Shown: one piece after another, positions 62,555-64,000 of the stretch
Layout: each line of letters starts with the position of its first letter
Position numbering within the stretch: position 1 is the first letter of the stretch
Assembly (NCBI RefSeq): GCF_039654945.1
Contig: NW_027361763.1
Location: 28,334,001 to 28,398,000, forward strand
DNA length: 64,000 nt
Direction: 5' to 3'
Source: Dendrobates tinctorius
Lineage: Eukaryota
The notes under the pieces: generated by a model
What the model saw: the letters and a program-made list of their open reading frames with translations, nothing else
Told to the model about the DNA's origin: nothing
Database searches by the model: none
Position numbers and translations under genes: made by a program

Positions 62555-63887
62555 TAAAAGCTGCTCAATAACTACATTATAAAAAAGTTTAACCCCTTCA
62601 TCTCTGGCCATTTTCCGTTTTTCACTCTCCTTCCCAGAGCCACCATATTTTTCAGATTTTTCTGCCAACATGGCCGTGTGAAGGCTTATTTTTTTTTTGT
62701 AGGAGTAGTTGCATTTTTGAGAAGCATCAATGATTTTACCATATAGTGTAACTAAAAAAAAAAAAAAAAAAAAACAGAAAAACAATCCAGCTGCTGTGAA
62801 ATTGGAAAAAAAAAAAAGTGCAATTTCCTCAATTTTTTTTTACCCAGTTCACTAAATGTTAATACTGACCCCCCATTATGATTCTCCAGGTCATTACAAG
62901 TTCACAGGTGCCAAAGATTTATAGGTTCTTTTTTTTAAAAATTATTTAAGTGGTGAAAAAAATCCAAAATTTGTCAGCTTATGCTGCGGTGACCAAACAA
63001 AAAAAAAAACAAGAAAAACAAAAAAAAAAAAGTAACTGAAGTTGTTAATATTTTTTGCACTATGCCGTTTACTGATCAGTATAATTCTTTTTATATTTTG
63101 ATAAAATCGGCCGTTCCTTATACCAATTTTTATTTTTTTATTATTGTTCTATTTTGAATGGGCAAAACTTAAATAGGTTTAAAAACTTTTTTTTCTACTT
63201 TGAATTTAGCTGTCATGTGCTGGAGAAGACGTCAGCTCAGCGCCGGAGCTCGCATTAAAGTGGAAGACACGGCTTAAAACGTTTTTAGGAGTGATAAGCA
63301 TTACAGTGAGACACTTGAGAACTAGTGAAGAGCGAACATCCTGGGATAACGTGTTATCGAGCATGCTCAGGTTGTTATCTGAGTATCTTGGGCGTGCTTG
63401 AATAATATGTTCGAGTCCCCGGGGCACCGTTTGTCGTGACTTTTAGACAGCAGCCACACATGCGGGATTTCCTGTTTGTGTGTTGCGACTGTCTAACAGC
63501 CGCGAGACTTGCAGCGATGGGGACTCCAAACATATTATTCGAGCACACCCAAGATACTCGGGTAGCACCTCAGCATGCTCAATAACACGTTATCCGAGGA
63601 CATTCGCTCATCAATAATGAGAACGAATTCTAAGAGAAGAGATTGACCACAAAAAGATAAATTGGTAATATAAGTATAAAAAGGTTTTATTTAAAAGTGT
63701 AGAATAAATACCAGTATAAAACATCTGATTTAAATAAAATAAACAAAATATAAAAATTGCACTGGTCCTTCACGAGCCACCATAGGGGCTGACATGTATC
63801 ATAGAACATTGGGTTGGGAACCCTGTCTGAGTCATATGCCTGTCTGACTCTTCTCTAATAGTCCAGAGAAGATAAAGTGGTGGAGTT

Positions 63888-64000
63888 CTACTGATCCACT
63901 TCTACCTCATCCTGTCCTTCAATCTTGGTGGGGTCTAGGGATGGTGGTTCTTCGGGAAGGGCTCTGAGTTTTGACAGCGTGGCATTCTTCTGTTCCAGAC
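63888..64000 (-). CDS. noto: Not homeobox copy 5, 3' part of exon 3 (truncated by window)
   Basis: Translates ...LEQKNATLSKLRALPEEPPSLDPTKIEGQDEVEVDQ*; the 3' UTR matches the other copies. Confidence 0.88.
   Translation of the reverse strand, partial: LEQKNATLSKLRALPEEPPSLDPTKIEGQDEVEVDQ

Larger units (their letters stand above)
1..64000 (-). repeat. Tandem array (macrosatellite-like) of ~8.0-8.2 kb units, each with one Not homeobox gene; at least 5 gene copies, array open at both window edges
   Basis: Anchor AACTCCCGCCCATTAGCTG at 1, 8089, 16094, 47764, 59167. The ORF track repeats with the same period. Longer intervals are explained by TSD-bounded insertions. Confidence 0.97.

Overview
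Eukaryotic genomic DNA, probably from a frog (inferred from the Xnot-like protein and the TE families). The backbone is a head-to-tail tandem array of ~8.0-8.2 kb units; the same anchor sequence recurs at 1, 8089, 16094, 47764 and 59167. Each unit carries a 3-exon minus-strand Not/noto homeobox gene (eh1 motif + Not-class homeodomain, 225 aa). Four copies are complete with open frames and a fifth runs off the right edge. Units carry shared MITEs, a 20-bp VNTR and, in four of five spacers, a palindromic, CpG- and YY1-motif-rich non-autonomous Helitron. The spacer between copies 2 and 3 is a divergent variant expanded by nested transposons. The largest is a 21.9-kb PIF/Harbinger element (MADF gene + transposase) containing (i) an 8.1-kb hAT element that carries a degenerate 18S rRNA segment, and (ii) a second MADF-only Harbinger interrupted by an unclassified 4.8-kb insert. 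The same spacer holds a Harbinger MITE containing an intact DD36E Tc1 element. The spacer between copies 3 and 4 has a 3.3-kb palindromic hAT element. All coordinates and counts were read by eye; no alignments or database searches were run.
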